DNA of 64,000 nucleotides from Thermoprotei archaeon (GTDB lineage Archaea > Thermoproteota > Thermoprotei > Thermoproteales > B15-G16): assembly GCA_003649205.1 (NCBI GenBank), contig QMRC01000001.1, positions 285,081 through 349,080 on the forward strand, written 5' to 3'. Below are positions 36,620 through 46,989 of the stretch, piece by piece. The first letter of the stretch is position 1; each line of letters opens with the position of its first letter. A model generated the notes under the pieces. That model saw nothing but the letters and a program-made list of their open reading frames with translations, made no database searches and was not told the origin of the DNA. The position numbers and the translations under genes are program-made.

Positions 36620-37753
36620 TTAGCAGGAACCTGTAGTTAGTTTGAGTAGTAGGTAAGTGACCTTTAGACCACTACCTGTTAGTGGAGCAAAGACTACATC
36701 TCCACTCTCTAGAATCCTGTAATCGATTAACTTCTCAATAGCTGCGAGGACTGAAGCTGATGTTGGTTCAACTACGAAGCCCCACTTACACAATGTCTTG
36801 AGTGCCTTAATTACGTGATTGTTGTTAGTCAAGATACAGAGGCCACCTGACTTATTGATTACATCAACTAGTTGACTTAACCTAGGAGGGTTGGGTACCC
36901 TAAGAGCATCCAGTAGTGACGATGAGCCTTCACACGGTATTGTCTTGACGTACCTAGCTAGAGGAGCTACATCAGTACCCTGAACAGCTACGTAAATGGG
37001 GTCACTACTCACTAGTCCCAACTGCTTCAACTCCCTAAATCCCTTAGCTAGACCAAGTAGTAAGGTACCTGAAGCAACTGGGACAACGACAAAGCTTGGG
37101 AAGTCAGTTATAGAGAGTTCACGAAGTTGAAGAGCTAGTTCATAAGCTATTGTCTTGACACCGTCTATGTAGATAGGGTTCCAAAGATGACCGACGTAGG
37201 TGTAGCCACTTAACTCAGCACATGTAGCTTCTCTATACGCTACCTCACGTGAGGGACACTCGATTAGTTCTGCACCAAATAGCTCAATGAGGTGCCTCTT
37301 GCTCTCAGGGCTATCTCTGGGAACGTAGATACGGCACTTAACCGAGAAGGAGCTTGAGTAAGCAGCAAGTGAGAGACCTGCATTTCCTGAAGAATCCTCA
37401 CATATGCGGTGTATTCCTAGCTCAAGTACCTTAGAGAGAGTAACAGCAGATCCTCTATCCTTAAATGATCCTGTAGGATTTAGATATTCTAGCTTAAGCA
37501 GTAGCTTTACTCCCCTAAACTCTCTAATCACTAGTGGAGTAGATCCCTCACCGAGGTAGGTAATGAATTTCTCTGAACAGGGTAGAACATCTATGAACTT
37601 CCAGATTCCTGGATAGTTACGTGGAATAGTGACTTTACCTAGATCTAGCTCTGTATCGAGTGGTGAGTAACAGCTTGAGCATCTCCAAATCCACTTACTG
37701 CTGAGGCTATATACTCTACCGCACTTTAAGCACTTTAACCAGAACTTGTGCAC
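36620..37753 (-). CDS. thrC: Threonine synthase-family PLP enzyme
   Basis: PLP-lysine motif NPTGSFKDRGS, SSGNAG, and an N-terminal CxxC...CxxC zinc ribbon. Confidence 0.8.
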   Translation of the reverse strand: MHKFWLKCLKCGRVYSLSSKWIWRCSSCYSPLDTELDLGKVTIPRNYPGIWKFIDVLPCSEKFITYLGEGSTPLVIREFRGVKLLLKLEYLNPTGSFKDRGSAVTLSKVLELGIHRICEDSSGNAGLSLAAYSSSFSVKCRIYVPRDSPESKRHLIELFGAELIECPSREVAYREATCAELSGYTYVGHLWNPIYIDGVKTIAYELALQLRELSITDFPSFVVVPVASGTLLLGLAKGFRELKQLGLVSSDPIYVAVQGTDVAPLARYVKTIPCEGSSSLLDALRVPNPPRLSQLVDVINKSGGLCILTNNNHVIKALKTLCKWGFVVEPTSASVLAAIEKLIDYRILESGDVVFAPLTGSGLKVTYLLLKLTTGSC

Positions 37754-37788
37754 GTACGTACTGAGAGTTTACCGCTAAATATCGGTAA

Positions 37789-38166
37789 CTACATGAACGT
37801 GTGTTCTGGTTCCTCAAAACCCTCATCAAGAACTAGTTTACTAGGTAACTTATCCTTTGTTGAGTTAGCTATCTCCTTAATTGCCTTAGCTAGAGTAGAT
37901 CCCTTGAGAAGTAGCTGAACTGCTCCAGCTCTAGATGCTTCGTCGGGGCATACAGATGATATGACGTATAGTATACCTGCTACGGTAGCCATGGTCTCAG
38001 CTATGGCCTTACTCCCTGTATATCTCCTCGTGATCTCCTCAATTGTGATGATGTAGTCACAGAGGTAGTCGTCCTGCATGAGCTTGGTCGTGAATAGCTG
38101 GGCTACTGCCTTATGTCCTCTAAACTTCCAGTTCATCCAAAGAGAGAAATTCTTCATAATGTTCAA
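37789..38166 (-). CDS. Hypothetical protein
   Basis: 125-aa ORF; no motif recognised. Confidence 0.4.
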   Translation of the reverse strand: MNIMKNFSLWMNWKFRGHKAVAQLFTTKLMQDDYLCDYIITIEEITRRYTGSKAIAETMATVAGILYVISSVCPDEASRAGAVQLLLKGSTLAKAIKEIANSTKDKLPSKLVLDEGFEEPEHTFM

Positions 38167-38289
38167 GGTAGGTCCCCCAGCAGTTCAATGCTGGTATTAC
38201 CCCCTCTATATTTGTTTCTTCCTTAGTAAATAAGTAATTTGAGATTGCTCTGCTCTTGTGTTACATGTGTAAAGTGGAGTGATATTGCG

Positions 38290-38991
38290 TTAGGTAAGTA
38301 CTGCTCTAGCATCCACAACTTTACACTTGTCTGCGTATGTCTTAACTGGGTTTAGATCGAGCTCCTTAATGTAATGCTCGAGATCTGATATCATTTGAGA
38401 GCACCTTGCTATTACGTCGGCAAGTACTTCTAGGTTAACTTCCTCTCCACCTCTATAACCTTTAAGGATTGTAGCGCCCTTCAGCTCAGTAATCATTTCA
38501 AGCGCTTCATTTTTGGTTATCGGTGCTAGTCTAAAAGATATATCGCGTAGAACCTCTACGAATATACCACCAAGACCGAAGAGCACCACTGGTCCAAATA
38601 CTGAGTCCTCCATACCACCGATAAATACCTCATGACCCTTAGTTACCATCTCTTGAACAGCAATACCCCAAATCCTTGCTTTAGGTGCCTTAACCTTAAT
38701 ATTTTCCAGAATACTCTCATAAGCTTTCACTAACTCCTCTTCACTCTGAATCCCGATAACCACACCACCTACATCGAACTTATGTACGATATCAGGTGAC
38801 ACAATCTTCAACACAACAGGGAAGCCAATTCTCTTAGCATACTCAATTGCTTCATCGACGCTCCTAGCTATGTGGGTCTCTGCTACGGGGATTCCGTAGT
38901 GTTTAAGGATTTCGAAGACCTCTGTGAAAACTAGGATCTTACGGCCCTCAGCTTTAGCTCTCTCGATTACTTGAAGTGACTTAGAGATCAT
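38290..38991 (-). CDS. ADP-forming acetyl-CoA synthetase beta subunit (ATP-grasp)
   Basis: EVFEILKHYGIPV...AKRIGFPVVLKIVSPDIVHKFDVGGV pattern; about 233 aa; no alpha subunit adjacent. Confidence 0.8.
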   Translation of the reverse strand: MISKSLQVIERAKAEGRKILVFTEVFEILKHYGIPVAETHIARSVDEAIEYAKRIGFPVVLKIVSPDIVHKFDVGGVVIGIQSEEELVKAYESILENIKVKAPKARIWGIAVQEMVTKGHEVFIGGMEDSVFGPVVLFGLGGIFVEVLRDISFRLAPITKNEALEMITELKGATILKGYRGGEEVNLEVLADVIARCSQMISDLEHYIKELDLNPVKTYADKCKVVDARAVLT

Positions 38992-39070
38992 CGAATCCCT
39001 TTATGATTAATTAGTTGTGTGAGGCTTTTAAACTTGATTACCTTAGGCTTGAGTGAGGTACTGGTGCTGA

Positions 39071-39811
39071 ATGAGGAGTGGAGACGTGACGAGCATTAAG
39101 AGGCGTATTAGGGAGAGGATTTGGAGTGAGATGGAGAGGAGGAATATAGCTGTGTTCCCGAGACCGTGCTATGGTAGGATACCTAATTTTCGAGGTCACG
39201 AAGTTGCTGCTAAGAAATTCATTGAGTCTAAGCTCTTCGAGAGAGCTGATGTTATCTTCTGCTGTCCCGACTCACCACAGAGGCCAATTAGAGAAGCTGT
39301 CATTGCATCAGGTAAGGTGCTGATAATGGCTACACCTAGGTTACGACAGGGATTCCTCATTATTAAGCCAGGTGACGTACCTAGAGGACAGGAGAGAAAA
39401 GCATCTACTATAGCTGGTGCGTTCAAGTACGGTCGTACTGTCGATACTATACCGTACAGAATAGATGTCAAGGTAACTGGGTCGGTTGCCGTCACAGTAC
39501 AAGGTGCTAGATTAGGTAAGGGTGGTGGTTACTCAGATCTAGAGTACGCTATTCTTCGTGAGATGGGTGTCGTAGATGAGAAGACACCAGTTGTGACTAC
39601 AGTTCACGACATACAGATTGTTGACTACATACCGATGACAAGACATGACGTACCCATAGACTACATCTTCACACCGACGAAGAGTATAGAGATTAAGGAC
39701 TCACCATTTAGGAAACCTGAAGGTATTTACTGGGATGAACTAGATATCAACAAGATACGTGAGATACCCATACTCATGAAGTTAGCTAGGGAGAGAGGGA
39801 TTGTGAAGTGA
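39071..39811 (+). CDS. 5-formyltetrahydrofolate cyclo-ligase family protein
   Basis: GARLGKGGGYSDLEYAIL motif. Confidence 0.7.
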   Translation: MRSGDVTSIKRRIRERIWSEMERRNIAVFPRPCYGRIPNFRGHEVAAKKFIESKLFERADVIFCCPDSPQRPIREAVIASGKVLIMATPRLRQGFLIIKPGDVPRGQERKASTIAGAFKYGRTVDTIPYRIDVKVTGSVAVTVQGARLGKGGGYSDLEYAILREMGVVDEKTPVVTTVHDIQIVDYIPMTRHDVPIDYIFTPTKSIEIKDSPFRKPEGIYWDELDINKIREIPILMKLARERGIVK

Positions 39812-40395
39812 GTGTGAGTGTCTTCAAGAAAGGTATACGTGCTCTAGGTATTGCTGAGTGCTTCATAAAGGGTAGGTCAAAGTACTCGATACTTGCTGGA
39901 GTAGTCATGAGGGGTGATGGCGTTATCGATGGTTGCGCTATGGCGAAGATAACTGTTGGCGGTCTCGACGCAACAGATGGAGTACTCAACATATTTCGTA
40001 GTCTGAGCAGAACCGATATCTCGGTAATAATGTTAAACGGATGTATAATAGCTTGGTACAACGTCATAGACCTCATTAGGGTTCACGAGGAGACCAAGGT
40101 ACCTCTCATATGTGTAACCTACGAGGAATCTGAAGGATTAGAGGAGTACTTCAGGAAGTACTTTCCTCAGGATTGTGAGAAGAGGATAGAGATCTATAGG
40201 AGGAATGGTGAGAGAGTACCTATAGTACTCAAGACAGGGTATAGAGTCTACGTTAGGTTCTTTGGTATGGAGAAGTGGGAGTGCATACACGTACTCAATA
40301 GATTCACGAAGACTGGTTCTATACCTGAACCGCTTAGAGTAGCTAGATTAGTAGCGAAAGCAGTAGCAAGAGATTTAGGAGCAGATATAGCTTAG
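39808..40395 (+). CDS. DUF99/UPF0215 family protein
   Basis: IRALGIAECF...VVMRGDGVIDG...VIMLNGCIIAWYNVIDL...KVPLICV. Confidence 0.65.
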   Translation: MSVSVFKKGIRALGIAECFIKGRSKYSILAGVVMRGDGVIDGCAMAKITVGGLDATDGVLNIFRSLSRTDISVIMLNGCIIAWYNVIDLIRVHEETKVPLICVTYEESEGLEEYFRKYFPQDCEKRIEIYRRNGERVPIVLKTGYRVYVRFFGMEKWECIHVLNRFTKTGSIPEPLRVARLVAKAVARDLGADIA

Positions 40396-40475
40396 TATTT
40401 CCAAACACGTTCCTGTATTCGTAACTTAAAGAAGCAATCCCCATGACAGTGGTCGCTAATGCGCAGTTGATTCTC

Positions 40476-42899
40476 CTATCCTCTTCCTTTCGTTGGTCCT
40501 GCGTAGAATAGTGGTATCTCGAAATCCCCTATGTAGTACTTGAGCAGTACCTTAGCTACGTCTCTTAGCGATAGCATGAGCGTAACTGGTGGCATCTTTA
40601 GCTCCTGTGCTGCTAGTTTCCAACTCTTTGACTGTAGCACCTTAACTATCATCATGTACTCATGTAATGGTAGTAGCTTCGGTCTCCTCTTCGAAGTATC
40701 GTAGAAGTACGCCTTAACTAATTCCATGAGCGCATCTACGACGTTCTCATATGTCATTGGCCCATATGCGTACGCTATTAACCTCTCTAGCTGTGCTTTC
40801 GTTAGTCTTGGTTTATAGTCCTCAAACACCGGTTCACCCCAGTCCTCTAGCAGCATCCTAGCTACTTCGTACTCCAGGTCAAAGTATGGTCCACAGAGTG
40901 AGTTAATGAGTCTTAACCTAAATTCTCTGTTCATGTACATGACAAGTCTCTTAGCTTCCTCAGTTAGTGGCTTGATGAGTAGTATACTGTACTCACCACT
41001 GACAGGGTTTCTCTCTGGACTTATGTGAACTGGTATGAAGCCATTTCTCAACCAAAATCTCAGTAATTCTGGATTTACACCGAACCCTGTACCTACCCAA
41101 TCATAGCCTCGTTTCTTAGCTTCTTCGCATATGAACTCAATCATCCTGGAACCTAGTCCTTTCCTCTGTACTTGTGGGTGTGTTGCTATTCTAACTATCC
41201 TCCAACCCTTCATCTTTGCGAATTCTCGTACTCTCCAATACTTGACCACTCTATCAGGTATTATGTTTCCTGGTAGCTTTATTCCTCTAATAAGCTCATC
41301 ATACATCTCGTCAGGTATTGGCCCTTCTTCAGCTAGCTCAACTGCTACCACGATCTTCCCACTCTTTAACCTTAGTGCTCTAACTGTGTGGTGCGGTGCA
41401 TCCATCATCATGCCTAAGTCATCTGGTCTATTTCTATAGTGTGCCTGTACGTAGATTCCGAAGAATTGCCTTAGTTCATCTTCCTTCTTGAGGAAGAACT
41501 CTTCTAGTTCTGGTACGTAGTACTCCACCTCCATTCTCTCAATCATTCTCAGGTCCTCGTCCGTTAGCTCTGCTGGTTCGGCATCTAGGAGCAGTGTGTC
41601 AAAGAGCCAGTTCTCTATGGGGTCATTCTCTGCGTACCTTATGGGCTCTGTCATCTCGTACTCTACGACCTCAGTATTGGGGTCATTCTTGAGGTACCTC
41701 AGGAATCTCACGGTGAAGCCTCTACCCGCTCCCTCATATCCGTGTATTGTTGATGAGAAGATCATTCTGTCAAACTTGCTATGTATCTTGTAGAGGATTG
41801 GTACTGGTATTCCTGCTGCTTCATCAACAGCTACTATGTCTGCTCTCTGTCTGCTAAGTACCTCGAATGGTGTTAGGTAGTCTATGAATATGTTCTTAGC
41901 TCTTAGAGATACTACGTAACCCCCTCTCTTCTCGATATATGGGTCGTAGCCTAGTGTCCTAAATGTCTTTATAGCTAGCTCGAAGAGAGACTGTACGTTA
42001 GATTCATGTGGTGCTGTTACTACAATCCTTGCACTACCCTTAGCTTTTCTCAACTTGTGTCCTAGTGCTACTAGCCCTATACCTATCGCACATGACTTGC
42101 CTCTGCCTCTGTCAGCAGTTATCACTATAGCTAGCTTCTTCTCAGGTCTCTCGTAGAGTTTCTCTAGGATTCTGAGGACATTTACCTGGTCCTGCGTTAG
42201 TGCTAACCTATAGACCTTTTCTGGGAATCTAGGTCTTGGTGGTATTGTCGGTTCTCTCTTAACCCACTTCTTCGCACTTGGGTCTGGTTGTGGTTCTCTA
42301 ATGAATTTCCTCGAGTCTACATCCACGATTGCTATTCCAGGGTACTCAAATAGCTTAGTTACGAATCTCTTCTTGAAGTAGTGCCTTAGGTATTCTGGTC
42401 CGTACTGAGGTACTAGGAGATTCTTCTGGAACTTAGTGACTATCTTATCCCACTCCTCAAATCGCGGTGTGTACAGGATGTAGAAACCACCACCTCTAAC
42501 TACACCACCTAATCTACCTACGTCATTAGGTTTGAGGTCATTGATGAGGTCTAGTACTGCAAAGTCGTAGGTTGTTCCGAGAATCTCTTCAGTGTCCTTA
42601 TAAGGGAGTAGGTCCAATGTAATGCCGTAATTCTTTAGTATCCTCTCGTACATCTGCCTCATCAGAGTTTGTCGACGCATTCCATCACTAAACTCTGGCT
42701 GGTAACAATACACACCCTTCAACTCCTTTACCTCACCTACTGTGACGTAAGCCTCAATTACTTCAATTGTTGCCTTAACAAAATTCTCGTCGGTAGATCC
42801 AGTAAACACAATCATCCTCCTATGATTTGCTTGAATACCCTCTCTGATGGATACCATTATTTTCTCCAGTATCTCTCTTGACAAAACTCTGCTACACAC
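40476..42899 (-). CDS. tmcA: tRNA cytidine N4-acetyltransferase (TmcA/Nat10 family)
   Basis: 807 aa. Helicase-type Walker A (ADRGRGKS), IHGYEGAGRGF block, and a GNAT domain (HPQVQRKGLGSRM). Confidence 0.9.
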   Translation of the reverse strand: MCSRVLSREILEKIMVSIREGIQANHRRMIVFTGSTDENFVKATIEVIEAYVTVGEVKELKGVYCYQPEFSDGMRRQTLMRQMYERILKNYGITLDLLPYKDTEEILGTTYDFAVLDLINDLKPNDVGRLGGVVRGGGFYILYTPRFEEWDKIVTKFQKNLLVPQYGPEYLRHYFKKRFVTKLFEYPGIAIVDVDSRKFIREPQPDPSAKKWVKREPTIPPRPRFPEKVYRLALTQDQVNVLRILEKLYERPEKKLAIVITADRGRGKSCAIGIGLVALGHKLRKAKGSARIVVTAPHESNVQSLFELAIKTFRTLGYDPYIEKRGGYVVSLRAKNIFIDYLTPFEVLSRQRADIVAVDEAAGIPVPILYKIHSKFDRMIFSSTIHGYEGAGRGFTVRFLRYLKNDPNTEVVEYEMTEPIRYAENDPIENWLFDTLLLDAEPAELTDEDLRMIERMEVEYYVPELEEFFLKKEDELRQFFGIYVQAHYRNRPDDLGMMMDAPHHTVRALRLKSGKIVVAVELAEEGPIPDEMYDELIRGIKLPGNIIPDRVVKYWRVREFAKMKGWRIVRIATHPQVQRKGLGSRMIEFICEEAKKRGYDWVGTGFGVNPELLRFWLRNGFIPVHISPERNPVSGEYSILLIKPLTEEAKRLVMYMNREFRLRLINSLCGPYFDLEYEVARMLLEDWGEPVFEDYKPRLTKAQLERLIAYAYGPMTYENVVDALMELVKAYFYDTSKRRPKLLPLHEYMMIVKVLQSKSWKLAAQELKMPPVTLMLSLRDVAKVLLKYYIGDFEIPLFYAGPTKGRG

Positions 42900-43245
42900 G
42901 GTATATACCTCCTACAGTTTCGCAAGTTAGAAGAGAGCCGTTACTATTTAGACGTAGCGTCATAACGAAATCACTTAGCAAATCACAAAGAGGTTTAGGT
43001 ATAGAGATAGTGAAGTTACCGATACGGCTTCTAGTACATGCTTGATATCGTTTAAGTACTTCAACAATAGACCCAATCAACCTTTCCCGCCATCTCAATT
43101 CCTCAGGACATACCTTAAGCTCATTACTAACACGAACAAAGAAAAATACCGATTCACGAAGAACAAAGACAAATCTCTCACAAGCTCTCTCCAACCTCAG
43201 TAAATGCACTAGGATCATTGTAAGCAACTCTAAGCCTAGCAACAC
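42892..43245 (-). CDS. Hypothetical protein overlapping the tmcA start
   Basis: 117-aa ORF with an 8-nt overlap with tmcA; no motif. Confidence 0.3.
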   Translation of the reverse strand: MLLGLELLTMILVHLLRLERACERFVFVLRESVFFFVRVSNELKVCPEELRWRERLIGSIVEVLKRYQACTRSRIGNFTISIPKPLCDLLSDFVMTLRLNSNGSLLTCETVGGIYRV

Positions 43246-44141
43246 TCTCTACAACAGCAACACCATTAATAGCGTACTCACGAACCTACTCAAACCCAAG
43301 TTCAAGAGCATCGAGATGACAAAAATCAATACTTATTGAGATATCGTCATCAGCAAAACACATAATGACCCACATGCACGGGCCGAGAGTAAAGCAAGAG
43401 TAAAGTACGGGAATAAAAATCATTGTAGTCAATGTAATCGAATAACTACAGAAACCACAACAACTCTTCACTCAATCTAAGGCATCTTATTGAGGTACCT
43501 CACATAAAATGAGAGGCACCAAAATAAGCTACCTAGAGGCACTATGTGGAGATACCAGAGCAACAATTAAGGGTCAAACACAAAACTAAGGGATATTCTT
43601 CTCTCCTCGAAACCATACATAGCAAAACCTCCAAAGAAATAGAGCATAACGAAGAAAAAGAACCTCATGAAAGCATTAGAAAACTTCAGGATAGAGGTAT
43701 TGAAGTTGCTAACAAGCTAGGTAGCTCATCGAGAAGCCTATTAAGCAAAGTATTGTCATTATCCCTTACCAATCTACCAGTCACACCATCCCTGACAAAA
43801 ACTTACTTCACAATCCCCCCAAATAACAACACTTACCTAACCACCATCACCATTACGATTTAAGATACTAACAATCGAAACAATACCTCTCTTAAAGTAT
43901 TCGTATTCAAGTAATTTACCAATTAGCAAGAATAAACGTGAGCACCTTGAAGCACCTCTCTTAAACCTCTCAAACTTCCTTAGTTATTCTCTGAGGTACG
44001 GAATTCAAGTAATAGACCCGTACCCTCTTCAACTTAACCTCAGAACACCGCAAAATATTGTAACATGGTAAAGTACTGAGAATCTCACCAATAGAAATGC
44101 TTAAATTAGGTCTAGGGTTAGGTACTTGACACGGTCTGTAC

Positions 44142-44591
44142 ATGTTAGAGACCTCAGTGTTTAGACTTTCACTTCCACCAGCTGCGCTGATTACGGTTGT
44201 GATCTTGTGTTGTGTTCTAATAGTTGCATTAGTGTTGACGATACTACCCATAGTGTTGTTCAGTATCTACGTCGATAGAGATTCCATAGCTGTTCGTGCT
44301 CCACCATTCATTCATTTACATGTTAGGAGAGATGATGTGGTGTTTGCTATGGTTCTAGATCTTAGGTACCACCCGGAGCTCAAGCCTACTATAAGACTCT
44401 ACGGCATAGGTTTACCTAGCTGGAGAGTTGGGTGGTATAGGCTTAGCAACGGTTCGAAAGCTTTCATAGCCATAAACGATCTCGGTCAAGCACTCGTACT
44501 CAAACTTAAAAACGACAACTACATCATACTATCGCCTAAGGATTTCGATAGATTCATAGAAACACTGAAGTGCCTCGGATGGCTTCCATAG
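44142..44591 (+). CDS. Membrane-anchored hypothetical protein (PH-like C-terminal domain possible)
   Basis: One or two N-terminal TM segments, then GWYRLSNGSKAFIAINDLGQALVLKL. Confidence 0.4.
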   Translation: MLETSVFRLSLPPAALITVVILCCVLIVALVLTILPIVLFSIYVDRDSIAVRAPPFIHLHVRRDDVVFAMVLDLRYHPELKPTIRLYGIGLPSWRVGWYRLSNGSKAFIAINDLGQALVLKLKNDNYIILSPKDFDRFIETLKCLGWLP

Positions 44592-44602
44592 AAACACTGA
44601 AG
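44555..44602. repeat. 16-nt direct repeat pair CATAGAAACACTGAAG (44555-44570 and 44587-44602)
   Basis: Exact duplicate 32 nt apart, straddling the stop codon of the 44142-44591 ORF. Confidence 0.8.
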
Positions 44603-45724
44603 CTCGTCACCCCATCCCAGGGCTGAATAACTTCTACTAATGTATGTCGAAAAGCTAGATCTCACCAAGCTTCGTATTGAATAGCTTAAATACTTACCTA
44701 CGTTGCTCCGAGGCTTACAATAATGTTGACATGTATTGCCTTGACAAAAACCAGCAAGCGCCCCTATGTAAGTCCATGCTTCAGCACTTCCCTACATAGC
44801 TGTAGAGATACTGAGCTAGCTGATAAAAACGGTAAAACGTATTGGCTGGGTATAGTCATAGCCTAGGGAAGTTAACGACGTTCAACGTCCACGATTACGC
44901 TCTCCTCAAATACTCTTTCAGCATTGCCAACTGTGTGAGGAGTGTCATTAGTAATGCCTATAGGAATCCTAGGATCATAGAGTCTGTGAACGGCATAGGC
45001 TCTCTGTACCTGGTGTAGTGTGGAAGAACTGTGAACACCAACACAAAACTTGAAATCACGCAATGAGATGTAGGCTACTGAGGTGATTCCTGAGCAATAT
45101 GCGATGAGGGGGGCCTCCTGTCCAATGTCAGGATAAGAGAGGTAGTACCTAGCGAAGGGAGGTGGGGACAAGAGCTTTCAGTGAATCAGTGAAGTAATGT
45201 TGGTCAGTGTTTCATGAAACTTACCAATGTTCCATTACCCTGATGACCTTCACCTTATCTCTTCACCTTCCTTCATCTTGAAGTAATATGGGGTCAAGAA
45301 TTCAGGAATGGTGAGATGAGGCGGGATAAGGGGGTTGTTTGGTCTAGTGTGTACTTGCCGTTTTATAGGGTTGTTTTGAGGTTGAAGAGGTTCTTTGATG
45401 AGGTTGCTATGAAGGTTCAGTCTACTCTTTTAGCTGAGGAGGAAACTAAGAGGAAGATCGTTGAGGAAATTGAGAGGAAGAAGGTGTACTTCATTAATGT
45501 ACGGAAGTTGGATGTAGTGGATAGGGTACGTAGTTCGTTGTCAGTTAAGAATCTGCCTTCATATTAATTTGGTTTAGCTATAACTGATGGTACTAGTCCT
45601 AAGGAGTTGCAGCTTTGTAGGTTCTATGGGGTTGGGATAGCTAAATCGCCATCTTCTAATAGTGTTGGAGTTAATAACCCGTGGTGTATGGGTTTTTGCG
45701 GTTGCTTAGTGGATTAGGGGGTTC

Positions 45725-46252
45725 ATGTTCGTGAATGAGCTTGTTGACGTTCTTGTGAATTTAGGTTATCGAGTATTGAGGATTGTTGAGGGGTGTGTTC
45801 TGATCTACGACTCTCCTAGTCCTATTGGTGTTTTTCCTGAGGAGTTCTCTAATGCTGTTATCCTCTATAGGGGATCTCAGTGTGTTGTTGATGTGGTTCA
45901 TGAGCTTGTACGTGAATACGTTCCGAAGTATGTTCTCTGGATTGGTGCTAGAGGTACCTTTCTGGAAATTGCGTGCCCTGACTTAGAGAGTGCTACTAAG
46001 TTGCTGAAGTTGGTTAAACTTGTTGACTTTAAGCACTCCGGTATAACATCTTTACGTGACCTCATTAATGTGTCGTTGTGGTCTATGTATAGACTTGACT
46101 TTCCCGTCAAGATTGGTCATGAGTGCCTAATCTCTACTCAGGATTTGGGTAAGGTAGTTGATCTAGTTAATAGCTTTGTTGAGAGAGATCGTGAGGTTCT
46201 TGCTAGGGTTTGTTCAGTGCTTAAACGTCAGTTAGGTCGGTTTCGGTCATGA
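45725..46252 (+). CDS. Hypothetical protein
   Basis: 175-aa ORF with coding-like composition. Confidence 0.4.
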   Translation: MFVNELVDVLVNLGYRVLRIVEGCVLIYDSPSPIGVFPEEFSNAVILYRGSQCVVDVVHELVREYVPKYVLWIGARGTFLEIACPDLESATKLLKLVKLVDFKHSGITSLRDLINVSLWSMYRLDFPVKIGHECLISTQDLGKVVDLVNSFVERDREVLARVCSVLKRQLGRFRS

Positions 46253-46275
46253 ATCCCTCTATCCCACGGTCATCA

Positions 46276-46328
46276 CGTCAGTGCCCAAGGACTACATCAC
46301 ACTTCAGCTGCCCATCAGTTCATCACAC
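46276..46328 (-). ncRNA. C/D box sRNA
   Basis: Minus strand GTGATGA-ACTGATGGGCAG-CTGA-AGTG-TGATGT-AGTCCTTGGGCA-CTGA. C box at 46320-46326 and D box at 46278-46281. Confidence 0.8.
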
Positions 46329-46392
46329 GTAGAGAGGTTTACTTTAAGCCCTAAATATACCCAGCTCACATACATAATATCTGGGATACGTA

Positions 46393-46989
46393 TTGATTCC
46401 TCAAATTGATGCAGTATCTATGCTACTCTTGATCAAGTACATGAGGAGAATAGGTAGGTACACCATAAGTAAGTTAACCGGTCTGGGTGAGGGTAAGGTA
46501 CGTAGATTTCTACAGCAGCTAGTTAACTCAGGATTAGCTCAGACAACTAGAGGAGGTACGGCACTTACAGAGCACGGTCTTCAATACCTCAATGAAACTC
46601 TCAGTAGGCTGAACGTACTTCACATCGTGATACTGAATAACTTCCCCCTAGCAAGTACTAAGTACACAACACTATTCTACTGTACAGACCTAACACACGT
46701 ACTATCGAGGTACTGTCTTGAGGAGAGAGATGTAGCTATTAGGTACGGTGCAGATGGGGCGGTGCTCATGCTCGTTGGTAGGAATGGTAGAATCTCGATA
46801 CCTGGTGTCTGTAGTGACTTAAGTGCGTACTCGAGACCTACTTACAACATTGTGAGTACGTACTTGAGAACTGGAACAGACCTTGTAATAGCTACCTTCT
46901 CAAATAACATCTACGGTGCTATTCGTGGAGGAGTAGCTCTCCTCTACCACCTCAATGCAAAGCTTAGGGAACTAGGTGAATCAGCATGA
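46393..46989 (+). CDS. wHTH-domain protein (DUF4443-like)
   Basis: ISKLTGLGEGKVRRFLQQLVNSGLAQTTRGG. Confidence 0.45.
   Translation: MIPQIDAVSMLLLIKYMRRIGRYTISKLTGLGEGKVRRFLQQLVNSGLAQTTRGGTALTEHGLQYLNETLSRLNVLHIVILNNFPLASTKYTTLFYCTDLTHVLSRYCLEERDVAIRYGADGAVLMLVGRNGRISIPGVCSDLSAYSRPTYNIVSTYLRTGTDLVIATFSNNIYGAIRGGVALLYHLNAKLRELGESA

Noticed and set aside
36119-36636. Two overlapping 106-aa plus-strand ORFs between mgtE and thrC.
   Set aside because: They have no motifs, their frames are mutually exclusive, and their composition is atypical. They may hide one small real gene, but I cannot support a call.
43546-43863. 105-aa ORF ending in a Thr/Pro/Asn-rich low-complexity tail.
   Set aside because: The composition reflects the A/C-rich non-coding strand, and there is no upstream promoter or RBS-like signal.
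46226-46276. A possible second, tandem C/D unit directly after the 46276-46328 sRNA (GTGATGA-CCGTGGGATAGA-...-CTGA).
   Set aside because: The internal boxes are unrecognisable, the D-side spacer is 15 nt, and it overlaps the 3' end of the 45725-46252 CDS in antisense.
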